A DNA stretch of 63,783 nt, the filler included, from Phoronis australis (Eukaryota > Animalia > Phoronida), in the NCBI GenBank assembly GCA_002633005.1. It is 5 parts of 5 records of this genome, joined end to end, with 100 filler letters (N's around TTAATTAATTAA, not from the genome) between each part and the next. Parts side by side here need not be neighbours in the genome. Positions count along the whole stretch, not along the records: positions 19,442 to 28,011 come from NMRA01000044.1; positions 28,112 to 59,805 come from NMRA01000054.1; 3 more parts are not named here. One strand, 5' to 3'. How positions within the stretch are numbered: position 1 is the first letter of the stretch; every line of letters begins with the position of its first letter. Made by a program: the position numbers and the translations under genes. Below, piece by piece: positions 20,201 through 33,873 of the stretch. The notes beneath the pieces are model-generated. The model saw nothing but the letters and a program-made list of their open reading frames with translations. It was not told where the DNA came from and searched no databases.

Positions 20201-23200
20201 GATATACGTTAGTTAGTACATGAGATATGTTGTTAGCTAACACGACAAGCTTCTTTGTTCATTTCTGTTTTCAACATCTGGCTGTTTACTCTGTCCTGGA
20301 ATAAGTGGTTCTTCATGCTCGGTTACATTAGTATGACCGTAAACACTTGCACAGGACTGTACATCTAAATCATGAGCATTCTTCCTGGCAAATTCTTTTA
20401 AGTTCATTCTCGTATTATTCGACGTTGTAGCGGTCTCTGGACAGGGTTGTTTATCTTCATCAGGAGTCATTGTCTTGGCCAAATTTTTCAATTTTAATTC
20501 CTGTCGTTCGTTGATACAGAGATCTCTTAAACTTTTAATTGATTTCGTAACGGACTCTCTCGAGTTCATTTCATTCGAACTCTCTGTAGAACAGCCGTCG
20601 ATCAGGGGACAGAGGATACAGCACTTCACCAATCGTCGTTACCAATGCCAATAAAACAGCAATTGTAGGATATGCGCTTACTTAAATTCTGGATCTTCGA
20701 ATAACACCTGTCCATTACAACCAAGGAACGTTTTAATACCTGCATTACATCAATACAACATTTGTTATTTCATAAACTGTTAGCATTTTTGATTTAAAAT
20801 CAAGGCGAAACTTAAAATTTCAAGATACAATTCAAGCTTTCTATCTAACCAAATGAATTGAAAATTGACACTTGTAGTTTTGAACATGCAACAACAGAAT
20901 GTTTTGATTCTTTGTAATATCGATTTCATATTGTTTTATTTTTACTTTCTAAAAACAAAATTGATTGCAGTGGCGACAATAATGTTCGTCGGTAAATCTT
21001 CAGCCTTTTATTGTACCATTCTACATCTTCTCAGACGATGTGCCGCTACTGAGAAGATATTCGTCTAGGTTTTCCGGATCCACCATCATGTTCCCTCGGC
21101 TAGGTGTATCCCGATCCCAGTGTTCACCAAGAGTGACGTCATTGATGAATGATGTTATTCTTCTCACACAACTTTTCAAATAACTTGTTACATACTTTGA
21201 ACATCAGGTTTCAGGTTAAATTAGACGCGACTAGAAGTGACCATGTAATTGTTAACTCTATAGAAGTAATGACAAACATGTTCTTTTACTTCACTGATTT
21301 CTGCTCACGTTATTTACATAAAATAATAACACAACCAATGAAGCGAAATAACGGTTTAAAATTCAGGCAGCATTCACCCACAGCAACTTATCTGCAGTCA
21401 TCCATATTCAAACAGTTCTACATCTTTTCAATTTCGGAAGTTGTGATTGGCTAAAAAGCAACTTCACAATGGTGTACTAGGAGCCATAGAAATCCATTTT
21501 TTTACAAAAATATGCAACTTTTAAACTGAATTACGCGGAGACTTACCGAATAACAAATGTTTGAAGGCATGTCTAGCCACATGCCTTCCTAACATGGTAA
21601 CGGGATAAAAAGACTGGAGCTATTGCCCATGGCCTACTGAGAACAGAAATCACATCGCATGAAATAACGTGGTCACGGATTCGTGTAGTTGCGACAAAGT
21701 ATGGAGTAAAATTTGATAGTCACGGGCCCTTGTTCGTAAGTATTGCAGGAGATGTGTTATTACTCTCTGGTCAATAATATAACTAGATGCAAGTTTAAGA
21801 GAATGTAGGCTTAATAGGAGTGATAAATTTTTTCAGTTATTCGTTTTGGTGTCGAATGAATATACTCGTGTCTCTAAACAGATAATTTCGGTTCAGAGGT
21901 ATTTGTCAGTTACGGAAAGCATCCAAGTATCAATGGCTGATAGATTTCTAGTGAGGTTTTCAGCCAACTTCTGTCATACTAACTGTTCACCGGTCACTGC
22001 CTATATGTACGTGTTTCTGCAGCAAAACGGATAAATTCAAAGCCTCGATTGTTGCAACACATTATACTATAAACCTGCGCCGTCTGTCATAAATTAACTT
22101 AAAATTTAGACCACTTATTACTGTCAAATTTATCTGACGTTGTTCCTTTCTCACATCATGAATAGGTTTCGAACCAACTTCAATTAACAGAGCCATTAAG
22201 TCGCTTGTCACGGCGGGTAACTTTAAAGAAGCATGGAACGCGAATTATATGTCGCCAAAAATATATTTCAAACAACTCCTGACGAAAGTGCCACTTTCTG
22301 AAGAACACTGAATCAGCTATTCTTCCATTCTTTTCGTGGGAATTTTGGACCTTCGGGAATTCCAAGCTGTTACTAATCAGTTATTCTTTTGTCTCAGCCC
22401 ACAGGCGTAGCAGTGTGCCCCCTTTTTCCTAGAAAAAAGTGGGATGGAACCATTTTTCCTAGAAAAAGTACGACTTAGTAGATCAGTCCAGACGTAGTGG
22501 TGTGTGCCTTCTTTTCCTAGAAAAAAGAGGGAGGGAACCACGTGTTCGTTAGGAGGAAGGAGGGGTGGGGAGGGTCGAACTTTGTTCCAAAAAGGCCGGG
22601 GCATGTCAAGAGCAGTTTTATTTCAAGGGATCCATGTCTTTATTCCTTGCTCATCTCGAACATAGCTACTCAATGTGGTATAGAGAAATTGAAAAAACGT
22701 TTAGTATAAGACATGTTTTGTTAGCTAGTCTGGACGTTGCATTTGCATTTAAAGAGGCCTGGAACAGACTAAATTGCAATATTGAAAGTGGTTCTCTGCC
22801 ATTGAAACAGAATTCAACCAGCTCAACAGGTATTTTAGGGTTTTTTTCATAAAGATTTTTAATTTTTGTTGATAATAAAGCAACTTTCTTTTAGTTTTGA
22901 ATTTCAAAAAACGATCTGTCACCTGCTCCCCACTTCGTCAGTTATTCTCACGCAGGGCAAACCAGGTCTCCTTTTTGTATGACATGACATAGACGTAGCA
23001 AATTTCACTTATATGGAAATGTGACCTTTGATTTCAAGCGACTTCAACTGAATGTAAAATAAACTATACGTCAATAATTGTAGTGGAATGTCGTGGTTAA
23101 CTGATCAAATACAAAGCGCAAAGAACAGAACTAACGTTCTTGTATTGACAGACTAGAGGCTAGGAATACATCGGAGTCGCTAGGTAAATATCTGGTCTAT

Positions 23201-23900
23201 CGAGCACAGTCACATCGTTGAACTTGATCTGATTTTTACACACCTATCCAGATACACTCAAGTGCAGTTTCTCAGACTTCTGGGTTGTTATTTAAAATGA
23301 TTTTACGAAAAAATAATAATAACTGGTGTTAAGCCCAGAAATCACTAGAAAGAATTGCATCTGGTTCTAAACACAAACCAATGGAAATTGGCGATAAAAA
23401 CTACGAAAAACTTAGAACGACATAAAGATAGATAGTTTTTTTGGAAAATCTCACATACATGTACAAGCGTACAGCAAACAGCCAAATGCATAAAAAGTAA
23501 ATACAAAAGTCAAATACAGGAGCACGAAATTATTTGAACGCAACAGTGAAACGCTGAGCAACAAATCTCGACTATGACTTTCCTTTAATTTTTGGAGCTT
23601 TCTGACATACATTGTAGTTCTGTATTCCCCAATCCCCGGACTTAGGTTAGGTTGATAGTAAGTTAGAGTAATGAACAGCTATGGTGCAACAGTCACACGA
23701 ACGATCACTCGCCATAACACTATCCATGTAATTTGGCAGGTGTCAGTTATATGCCTTACCTTTAGCCGTTTCAGTTCTAACCAAGTTAACTTCAGGACTG
23801 CCTGCAAGATCAATCAATGGAACAATGCGTACTACCGATTTCCCCCCTCGTTTCGAGGTCACCACAAAGCGGCGCTCACTGTCCTTGATAAACATGATCT

Positions 23901-26900
23901 TAGGGTAGTCGGTGGGCCAGATCTCATAGCGTTCATCCTTGTGAGTACTTTAGGGGGGCAACTTAGTTTTTTCTATGTGGCTAGATAATATACCTATAAA
24001 TCAAATTCCAAAAAGCTCCCACGTCTACACTTGCACATTTTTTTTAAAAAAGGTGTTTTTGTTGCACAAAATATGATGCACATTTCTGCCACTTGATGGC
24101 GCTTTTCTATTGAATTGACCAATCAGAGAGCCAGATTGCATTGTTGTGCTTAGTTACTTCAATATGGCTGCTCCCATGGAGTGTGATGCCTGTATAATTC
24201 AAGGTTTATCAAACAGCACAAAATTGTGATGTCAGAGCCTAAAGAAGCTTAGGAAAGCTTCCTGACGAAATCTGATTGACTGTGGAACTCTGTAGATCAG
24301 TAGATCAAAAAGAAGAAGAGGTGTCACAAACGTTTGTGCAGAAAACAGCTGCATGTCCTGGTAGCCTACACAGTATACTGCTGAGTGCTGTAGACTAGAA
24401 GACCAAGTGTCAGACCAAAAAATTGAAAGGACATAGAACGGCATAGCAACGTTTCAAGGCACCAACAGTAGTACTAAAGCTGAAGTTGCTGAAAGTGATA
24501 CAGATGTTATCCAAGATTTCCCAAGAAAATCAATTATACTTCCAAAATCTGAAACACCCAATTAACCTGAACAAGATAGGAACATTCTGAAACATGAGTG
24601 CATCATTTGTTAGCAGGAAAAGTACATTATGGGCCACATTTCAAGAAAGAGAAAGAAGTATAGCTTTCAAAAACAGGTACGTGTTTTTGAAAAATACATC
24701 TTGGTGTTTTCCATGTGTGTTTCAGTATTATCACCAGTTGTTTTTTAACTTGTTCAGCCCCTTGGCTGCCTAGGCCTTAGACAATACTGCTGACCCAGTA
24801 GAGACGATGATCATACCATAGGTACTTCATATGCCGGATACTTTTCGGCAAATTATGTTCCTATAAGTTTAGAAGTACCGCGTAGAGAGATGCCTCTGAG
24901 GAGGTCGTTAATGTTTTCATTTGTTCCCAGTTTAAACAAATACTCCTGCAATCCTGTTTTTCGAACACTCCATTCAGTTGCCACATCGACACTGCTTGCG
25001 CTAAGGGATAATCCTATGGCGTTATACTGTGGGTGTGATTTTAAAGCACTTTAAGTCAAAAATTTTTGAGAAGGTTAAATGGAGTAGATAGTTGCAAACA
25101 ACATGCCCAAGTGGCCGTCATCCCCTGCCGTAGTCTCAATTTTTTGTAAACATTAATTACTTAGGTAGCTGCAATGATAATTAAATTAAAGTGCCTAAGT
25201 GGCCATCGTCGCCGTCGAAATTTGAGGACGATGGAAGCCACTGTCCATTTCGTCAAACGTCGATTACCTTAAGTGTAAATCGATTGACTATGGTTTGAGC
25301 ATCTGATTTAAAAAAATTAAATTTCAATCACTGCACTGGTATATCAGCTGATTTATTTTCAGTTGCATCAACTGATCTAATTATTAGACGATCAACATTA
25401 TTAGGCTACAGATCAGACGGCATGTAAATTTGTTAGGCTGGTGGTGGATCAGTTCCTGATAAGTCCGTCTGAAAAAGTTGCATGCCAACTCACTCATAGT
25501 TGAATGTTAAATTAGTGTTAACAGTTCGGGTTTTTTTCAGTTGGACTTGTATCGCAAGCAACAGCTCAGTCCAGAGCCCTGAATATGCAAATGAAATTCA
25601 AAGATAAAGACCTTGTGTCTTAGAAGCCAAGTACCACAGATCATCATGCTATAAAAAATAGAAAGACAACGATTGTGAAGAGTGACGAATTCACAGTTTT
25701 CAGAGATGTTTTTCTACAGTTTTGTTTGGAGTTCATTGAATCGAAGCTTCTAACACAAGGAGATGTCATTTGCCTTTCAAAACTAAAGCAAGACTTTGAA
25801 GCTGTTCTTCAGAAAGCTGGTGTGCATGAAGTTATTTGGACAGGCAATCTTAAGAAATATTGTTGAAGCTACTCACTGTTGTAGTTTGTGCCCGACTAAG
25901 AGATACGAAAGTGAATTGAGGCTAGTGTTCAATAATTCACTTGCTGACTCTAATTAACACAGCCCATTATAACATATTTTGAATCAAACGTTTGCCCAAA
26001 TCCTGCCCGCCTCCAAACAAGGACTTAGTGTTTGACCCTTCATTGCCTGCGGGCTAATCACCAGTGTGCAGTGCTGTACCCTCTCTAATCGACCATAGTT
26101 GGCTCCTTGGCGGTGGAGCTTTGCAGTTAATATGTATGGCAATGACCGCATCTCCATTGACAGTACTAAACGATGAACGCTGCAAGTGCAAAAAGAACAT
26201 GTGTGCTGGGAAACTGAGTTTGTGCTGCAATGCTGGGTCAAACTGTACAGAAATGTGCAGCTGTGACAACTGTAGTAACATCAGCAACACTGACTGCATA
26301 ACATTGGATAGTTCTTTGACAAGTCAACCCTAAATAGACCTCCAACCCCGTTATTTCCTTTTTTGTATTAAAAAGTTAATTTTATTTGTTGATTAAGTCA
26401 TAGAAAGTACATACTTTGATCATTGTCATGTATTTGTCTCATACTGCTTGATAAACGCTGTCAGAATAATCTATTATTTTCATACAGTCTTTGTGCACAT
26501 TCACAGAGATCATTCAACTACCGGTATATTGTTTTTGTACTATAACGTATTTCTGGTGTATTATGCAAACAAGCTGTATTTTACACCATTAGTCAATGTT
26601 TTAGTCATTGAGGCACAAATTTTGCCCAGTCTCAAGTGTTTTGTGTTATTTTTGTTGCCTGAAAATGCCAGAATAACTTCCTGTAACATTCAGACTTAGT
26701 TTGCATTTTTGCCACTAGGTGTCTCTACGTTTTTTAAATTTCACTGTTTACAATTAATTTACAATAGTAAAACATGTAATGTGAGTGTAATATTGTTCAA
26801 TACAATGGCACTGATGGAACCATATTACATGTTTTACAAAAAAGTCACCAAAACTGTTGTTTTTACAAGTTTACTAAGCTCTTTGGTGATTATTAGGTAA

Positions 26901-27046
26901 CTTCAAACTCAAATTTCTCAAAAATGTGCAACTTTATACGTGGGAACTTTTTAGATTTTGAAAACACTCTAATAAATGAATTAAAAAACACCGAAATGAA
27001 ATTGCCCCCCAAAAGTACTCACAAAAACCATTTTCTAGAGGCCCTA
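23901..27046 (+). mobile_element. Internally deleted, decayed Academ(X)-like DNA transposon
   Basis: TAG...CTA termini. Imperfect inverted ends share TTGTGAGTACTTT.GGGGGGCAA and AAAAAG.TCCCACGT...TTGCACATTTT. Coding remnants: ATG 24164 (MAAPMECDACII), KDLV..LEAKYHRSSCY (~25605-25655), and C-terminal Cys8/CXC CKCKKNMCAGKLSLCCNAGSNCTEMCSCDNCSN (26181-26279). TSD not resolved. Confidence 0.65.
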
Positions 27047-28261
27047 CAAAATCTGGGGGAACTCTGCAGGACTAAGTTTTTCACGGCAGTGCACACGTTA
27101 CCTACTGGGCTTGCTGCCTTTCGTCAACTCCGCCGAAACTATGAAAAATGACGTGTTGTGTGCCGTTCCATATCAAAGCCGCTACATCCACTTTATTCTG
27201 GTCTTGTATTTTGACCCTTTCCCTTCCACCGAAATATGAAAGCGCCGAGCGAGACTCCGAAAAGTGTGGCAAAACGCATAATTGACAGTTTCCAGCACAA
27301 AACCATCGTGACCTCTTGCGAATACTCGACATAAGCCAACATTAGATTCATAACTCAAATTTCATACATATTTCAAAAATGTGGCCGAAAATAAAAAGGA
27401 TTGATAATGCTGTATGTTTGGGGAATGGCCTAAGTGCAACCTTTTGCAAATCTAGTCCACGTGCTTCTAAAATATATACTTAAACACCTCTTACTCTCCC
27501 GCACAGTTATATGGGAAACTCACGCGAATTGGTTTGTTTATTGTAACTCATTGCGTATCCAAAATGGTGGACGAAATCGTACTGACTGGTCATCTGGTCA
27601 CGGAAGCTTTTTCTTTGTAACCTAATGTCGGGGCAATTAATTGTCTGGAACACTGCAGCCATGAATCCAAACTCTAAAAATATCAAATTCTAGTGTAGTT
27701 CCTTGACATTGGGTTCTTTGTTGGGGACAAATAAAACAACAAGAATAATGTATATTTTAAGTTGTATTGGGAGTTTCAGGGTCACAGCTCTACAAATAAA
27801 TATTTCTCAGAAGGAACCAGATGGGTTCCTTAATTACAAGAGATAACACACACATTTCCGATACCCAAAGTACAATTGAGTATCGGATGCTAAGTGGCAC
27901 AGGTTAGCATAGTACCAAATGGGTACATAATACCAAATGGGTATTGGCCGATTGCCTACCAACTGGGTCGAGCAAAACGGCAAATTCAATAACAAGTACC
28001 AAGTGGGTACANNNNNNNNNNNNNNNNNNNNNNNNNNNNNNNNNNNNNNNNNNNNTTAATTAATTAANNNNNNNNNNNNNNNNNNNNNNNNNNNNNNNNN
28101 NNNNNNNNNNNAGTGAATGACTAATCTGAGGGCAAGAGAACCTTTGTTGGGATCATCTGCTGTTATGACGTTTTCACAGTCATTTGGCGACGTGACGATA
28201 AAGCTCTTTGAAAAGGGCTACGCGTTCCGAGTATGATTGTCGTGTCGGGATTTAGATCGCC

Positions 28262-28444
28262 AGGTAAGATTAACCGCCCAGGGCGGTTATCTGTCGTAAT
28301 AAGCGCCCATGTTTGGTTAACCGCCCATCCCCTACTTTAGGTGGATTTTCGATTTAACCGCCCATTGCCCGGTTAACCGCCCTCTCCCGATTTTTTTGAT
28401 TTGCCAATTTAACCGCCCAGGGCGTTAACCCGAACGATTACGGT
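28262..28444. mobile_element. Small MITE-like fragment with repeated TTAACCGCCC motifs
   Basis: About five TTAACCGCCC/TAAGCGCCC copies, ending in ...GATTACGGT, as in CCGTA-type Tc2/pogo ends. Confidence 0.45.
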
Positions 28445-28479
28445 TGATCCCTCGGTTTCACTTGCCCTGATAGTAAAGG

Positions 28480-28617
28480 AAATTCGCAATTTTAGAGTTG
28501 GCCAACCCCAATAAACTCTGAAATGTGATGTTCTTGTTACTAAAGGGAATGGTCTCCTTACAAAAACATCACTCTTCAGAGTTTATTAGGGTTGGCCAAC
28601 ACTAAAATTGCGAATTT
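28480..28617. repeat. 138-bp palindromic (hairpin) MITE-like element
   Basis: AAATTCGCAATTTTAG.GTTGGCCAACCC.AATAAACTCTGAA ... TTCAGAGTTTATT.GGGTTGGCCAAC.CTAAAATTGCGAATTT. Confidence 0.75.
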
Positions 28618-31600
28618 GAAAGTGACGCTTGGACGTATTGGTTGTGATTCTAATTGCTTTTTCATTCGGCAACAATTCAAGATCAATCCAGCAAGGTAAT
28701 TACGGTAAAAATAGTTATTTGAACCTGTCCGAAATTTTAGAAATTGAAAAAAAACAGCGAAATCGATGGTATCCGAAATCTTAGAATTTATGCCGTTGGG
28801 TCGATTTGCGGTTTTAGACTTTAAACAGATGCGCAGATTTGTGATTGTTATTGCTGACAAGAAATACACACGATGTCCTCAAAAACATAAGCAGCGATGT
28901 TACTGACTCTGAACACAATGCACTCACCAAACTTTGTGATAGGAATATATATATTTGTTGCGTAACACGCCTTGACTGATTATCCGCAATATCGCAATAT
29001 CCATTAGTGCTCAGCGTCTTTACGTTAAACTGTTCGCAAACCAAACACAGACGGCATGCAACATACTTATGAGTCATCTGTCACTCAAACAGGCCGGCGA
29101 AACAGGGTTCCTGCCTACCAGATACATTTAAATAAGGTCCCTGCAGTCTTAGCTTGATTACGTTTCCAGGTGTTTACTTGACAATTATAGAGCTGTTGTT
29201 TTATGTGACTTGGAGATATTCAATTAATAAAAGTATCAAATAAACACAGAAAAATCAGGAGTGCCAACTGGGGCTCCTGATGTTTCTATGTTTGTTTGAT
29301 ATATATAAAGTTTCTCTACTGGCCAACCTCAGAGTCTATATATTTACAATAAAAGTTTGGAATTTTTATTCCGAAACAACAGTACCATTAGGCCAGATCA
29401 CAATTGAACAGAGGTTGAGCCTTCGCAGTTCTAAGTGCAAAACATCATCACATGCGGCTACTAGGACATTAACACTCGTGCTTTAATGTAAAAGCCCTTG
29501 CATTCCTGGTACTGCTGTTGTAATTTTATCTGGCCTATGTTCACTTCTTCCCGATAATTGTGTTGTTCGCTAATTTATTACTTTTTATGCACATATGCAG
29601 ATTTAGTTCGATCTCCACTAAGGGCCCAGATTTCATTTTACAAATCACACGCCATGGGTCAAACGATCCATGAAAGGGACTGGGGACGGGTGGAAACGGA
29701 GCAACTTTCAATAAAGATAAATAGGTTCACACTGTGTTTTAGATGCCTTTAAAATTCTTAATCTTGGTGCGAGAGAGCCTTAACATTTCATGTAGAATAC
29801 AAAATAACCTAGTAAATAGAGTGTCAGTTGGGAGACATAAAGATATATTTACGACATGAACATTTTTAACGTGTACTGCACGGCAAACTAGGACATGGAT
29901 TTTTGCTTTTCACAAAGTCTGTTTTAACACGGCACTGAACAACATCGTTTCCCCAATTTAGGCGCATGGCATAGCAAAGGTTGGGGTGACGAGAGGTAGG
30001 TAAGTGGGCCGCAGGTTCGCAGAAAAAAATTGAAGCTGTGAACCCTGCCGGTGCTGTAATGATAATGTCAATAGCAGTAAATGTGTAACTATCTATAATC
30101 TAATGGCTGGTCATTTTAACTCGAGGTGAAAAAATTTTGGATTATTTGATTTTGTTCATGTTCTAGTTACTAATGTCTAAGCATTTCCCACATTTTTGTC
30201 GTGAATCCAATTGTTCCTTTTAGAATTCCTTGTTATGCCCATTTATCAACTTGAGCAAATTAATTCAAAGTTTTGTTAGACGGGTAGCTGAATTTGCAAC
30301 AAGCAACTGACAATGTTACTTCATTAATTCCTTATTGGTTGTATAAGTGCTCTCAACTGCCTGGTGTGACTCCTGGGAAATATGCATTGTTCACAGGTAG
30401 ACGTTCCAGTTTATTGCATCTGTTCAATATCACAGTCTNTCACGGAGTGTCGACTATAACATCCCAAACACAAAAAACAGCAGAGTTAAGTTTTTCAAAC
30501 TTTTATTACAACCAATTTTAAAACTGCTCTCTGACTCGGAACTTGACAGCTACATATAGTACGAGACTGTAACCATAAATTTGATTTTGTTCATGTTCTA
30601 GTTACTAATGTCTAAGCATTTCCCACATTTTTGTCGTGAATCCAATTGTTCCTTTTAGAATTCCTTGTTATGCCCATTTATCAACTTGAGCAAATTAATT
30701 CAAAGTTTTGTTAGACAGGTAGCTGAATTTGCAACAAGCAACTGACAATGTTACTTCATTAATTCCTTATTGGTTGTATAAGTGCTCTCAACTGCCTGGT
30801 GTGACTCCTGGGAAATATGCATTGTTCACAGGTAGACGTTCCAGTTTATTGCATCTGTTCAATATCACAGTCTGATATCTAATTACACTTGCATGCTAGT
30901 GTCTTGTAAAGGAGGCACTATTACTTTGGGATACAAGGGTCTTGTTATCCTGTTGCTGGTGACAATTAGATATGATGCCATGCAATGAGAGGCACCATGG
31001 AAACAAAGCTAGAGTTAAATGCTATTGTGGATAAATACAACTATATGAAATGTTTCAACTACTGAATTGATTGATCGTAAACTACTAATTGTGTCCCTAG
31101 ACAGGTGAGCTAGTCCACTCACTGATAATCTAATACTATTGATGTTCTAAGGCCTGTGGAATGCCATTCTTCCTTGGAGATTGTTGTGTTCGTAGAACGA
31201 GTAAAACAATGCAAATGAGAGTAAAATATCCGTCTACTCACTTAAAGTACATGCTCTGTGGGCGCAACCACTAGGTGACTAAACTGTAGTGAAATCCACA
31301 GGTAGTATTGTCAATACACAACAGAGATGTTTTTAGGTCTGGAATTCTAATTTAACTGCTCCTGTTGTTTAGTGAAATATTTCTCTTACAATTTCTGTCT
31401 GTTCCAGATGATTGTTGACAGCGCCATCTGACAATCAAGCCTGCCAATCAACTGCCTACAATCTCCACATTGGTCACATCTCTCTTGGGAGTCTTTATAA
31501 ATAACCTAATTGGCTTCAAGAAAGATATCTAGATCTTCCCTGTATGATGAGCTGATAGTGTCCCTTGATGTTGATTCCAGTCCATTAATGTGTGTAATCA

Positions 31601-32016
31601 AGCAAGATGAAAAGGTCACTGCAGTCCAAGGGTCTAGAAAGTCACAACATCAACATCTGAGCAAGCTTTCAATGTGCTTATACCTGTGGCTACCTCTTAT
31701 GCATTATCAGATTCTACAGGTTATTGTTGATGCAGGTGTAGATTATTGAATAATAATTCTAACATCAAGCTGTGTTCTCTATCTTGTGATTAGCTGGCAA
31801 CCTGAAGTGATGGGTAATAAGAGGTTGATTGCTACTGACAATGTGTCTACAAATTATAAGAGTTCCTCAAAGCTATAGCCAGTCCTTCTGTTTAAGGTAT
31901 ATACATGTGTTTCTCTGTTGGTGCCCCGCTGACTATCAAGTGTGTTGTGATGGAACACAGACTAGTGGTCATTACCCTTGATGTTTGGATATTGAGTTAT
32001 GAAATGAGGCACAGAC

Positions 32017-33873
32017 ATGGAATATGAGCTTACTGACCAAGGGGATATAACCTCCAATGGATTGTCTTCATCTGCTCTAAGTGAAGACGTGATGCAAAGA
32101 CATGATGCAGCTTCTGTTGACATTGATCAAAAGAGCAATGGTGATGGAAAATTAGAGAGCAGTAGTTCAACAAGACATAACAGTCCAGTAAGAAGTCCTA
32201 GTCTATGCAGCATTTCACAAGTGTCATCTGGTGTGGTCAGCTCAAGTATGTTGTCCATTAACATTAACGAATCAAAACAATCACTGACCGGTGATGCCGA
32301 ACAAGCAAACATCTCTTGTAATAGGAATGACGATGCACTTGATGAAAGCATTGAAGACCGATTGTTGGAGAATAATCACGATGTTGCTGTCGTGGACTTT
32401 CGGTATACTAACGCACCGAGATTGGTGCGACGATCGGATAATCAGCAAAATATAATCGTCTTGCTGGTTTATGCAGTAAGCTACGCTGTAGTGTCTCTTA
32501 TTATTTTGGGACCTGTCCTATCCATTGTCATTGCCATTGTGCCATTGGGATACATTGTTAAGTGTGTACTGGCAAATTTCTGCATGTGTAATTCGGGGCC
32601 AAAGTGTATCGCATTCTCAAATAGCGAACGTGTTAAATCACCTGATCTCTACTGGCTGTGGAATCCTCCTTCAGCTGAATGTATTGTGCAGACAGTCATT
32701 TTAGTCCGCGGAAACATTCACAAAGAACAGTTGATAGAGTTAATGCAGAATGACCTAATACTGCCATATCGACATCAGAAACCATTTCAGAGGTTCTACC
32801 AGCGTCTCTACACCTTGATGTGTGGCTATGCTTGGCAGGCTGACGAAAACTTTGAATTTGAACGGCACATTTTCGACATGCCTGATCATGTTCTCGACAA
32901 AGAGTCATTAGAACAGTACCTTGGGGAACTGGGCCGGACAGGCATGGGCAGAGACAAGGCACTGTGGGAAATTCAGGTGTGCTCATATTTTGGAGGGAGA
33001 GATCATTCGTTAATAGTGCTGCGCTATAATCCGTGTATGATTGATGGTGTTACCTTCATGCATATTCTCTGCAATGAATTGTCAGAAAACCAGGATTTGA
33101 CTTTTTTCTGCTCAAAGCAGCACATGTCTGCTCCGCTCTATACAATCAACCTATGCCGAACTTTTCTTTCCGGTGCTCTAGTGTTCATGCAACGACTTTT
33201 AAGAAAGAGGAAAAGGAATTACTTTAACCAGAAGAAGTTGTCTGGAGTGAGGACTATCTCATTTTCAGAGAAATTAAGCATGGAAGCAGTGCAGAGGGTT
33301 CGGCAGGTGACGCGATGTACATTCAGTGAAATCTTACTCTGTTCCCTGTCGGGTGCCATAAGACTATACCTCCAATCGCTAGGTGCAGACAATCCCTGCG
33401 ATATACGCACGATTCTGCCAATTGACTTGCATGCCAACTATGAGACTACTAAACGTGTGAATAAGACTGTTTTTGTGCCATTCACATTACCTGTGAGCAC
33501 AGAGGGTGCTATACCAAGGCTGTGGGACATCAAATCCCGCATGGAGAACTTGCGTAACTCATCTGAGGCTGTGGTGCTCCTCTCAGCTTGGAAAATACTA
33601 ATGGCTGTCCTACCGTTAGCGGTGTGTCGACGCGTGTTCTGGATGATTCACAGCAAGTCCACTTGTGTTATATCCAACTTGCCAGGTCCAAACCAGCATG
33701 TGCAGCTACAGTCATTGCCAATCAGGAGTGTGTTACATCATGTGACACCCATAGATGGGCTTGGCTTTTCTGTGTCTTTCACTAGCTATGCAGATGAGGT
33801 GCACATGACTGTGGTGGCAGACAAGAACGTTTTACCTGATCCAGCGAAGCTGAACAATCTCTTCTGTTCTCAG
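32017..33873 (+). CDS. Large first coding exon (619 codons) containing the whole WS/DGAT domain
   Basis: Matches ORF 32017-33903 up to the GC splice donor. Probable acceptor upstream at ~31408 (tctgttccag), giving a long 5' UTR. Confidence 0.9.
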
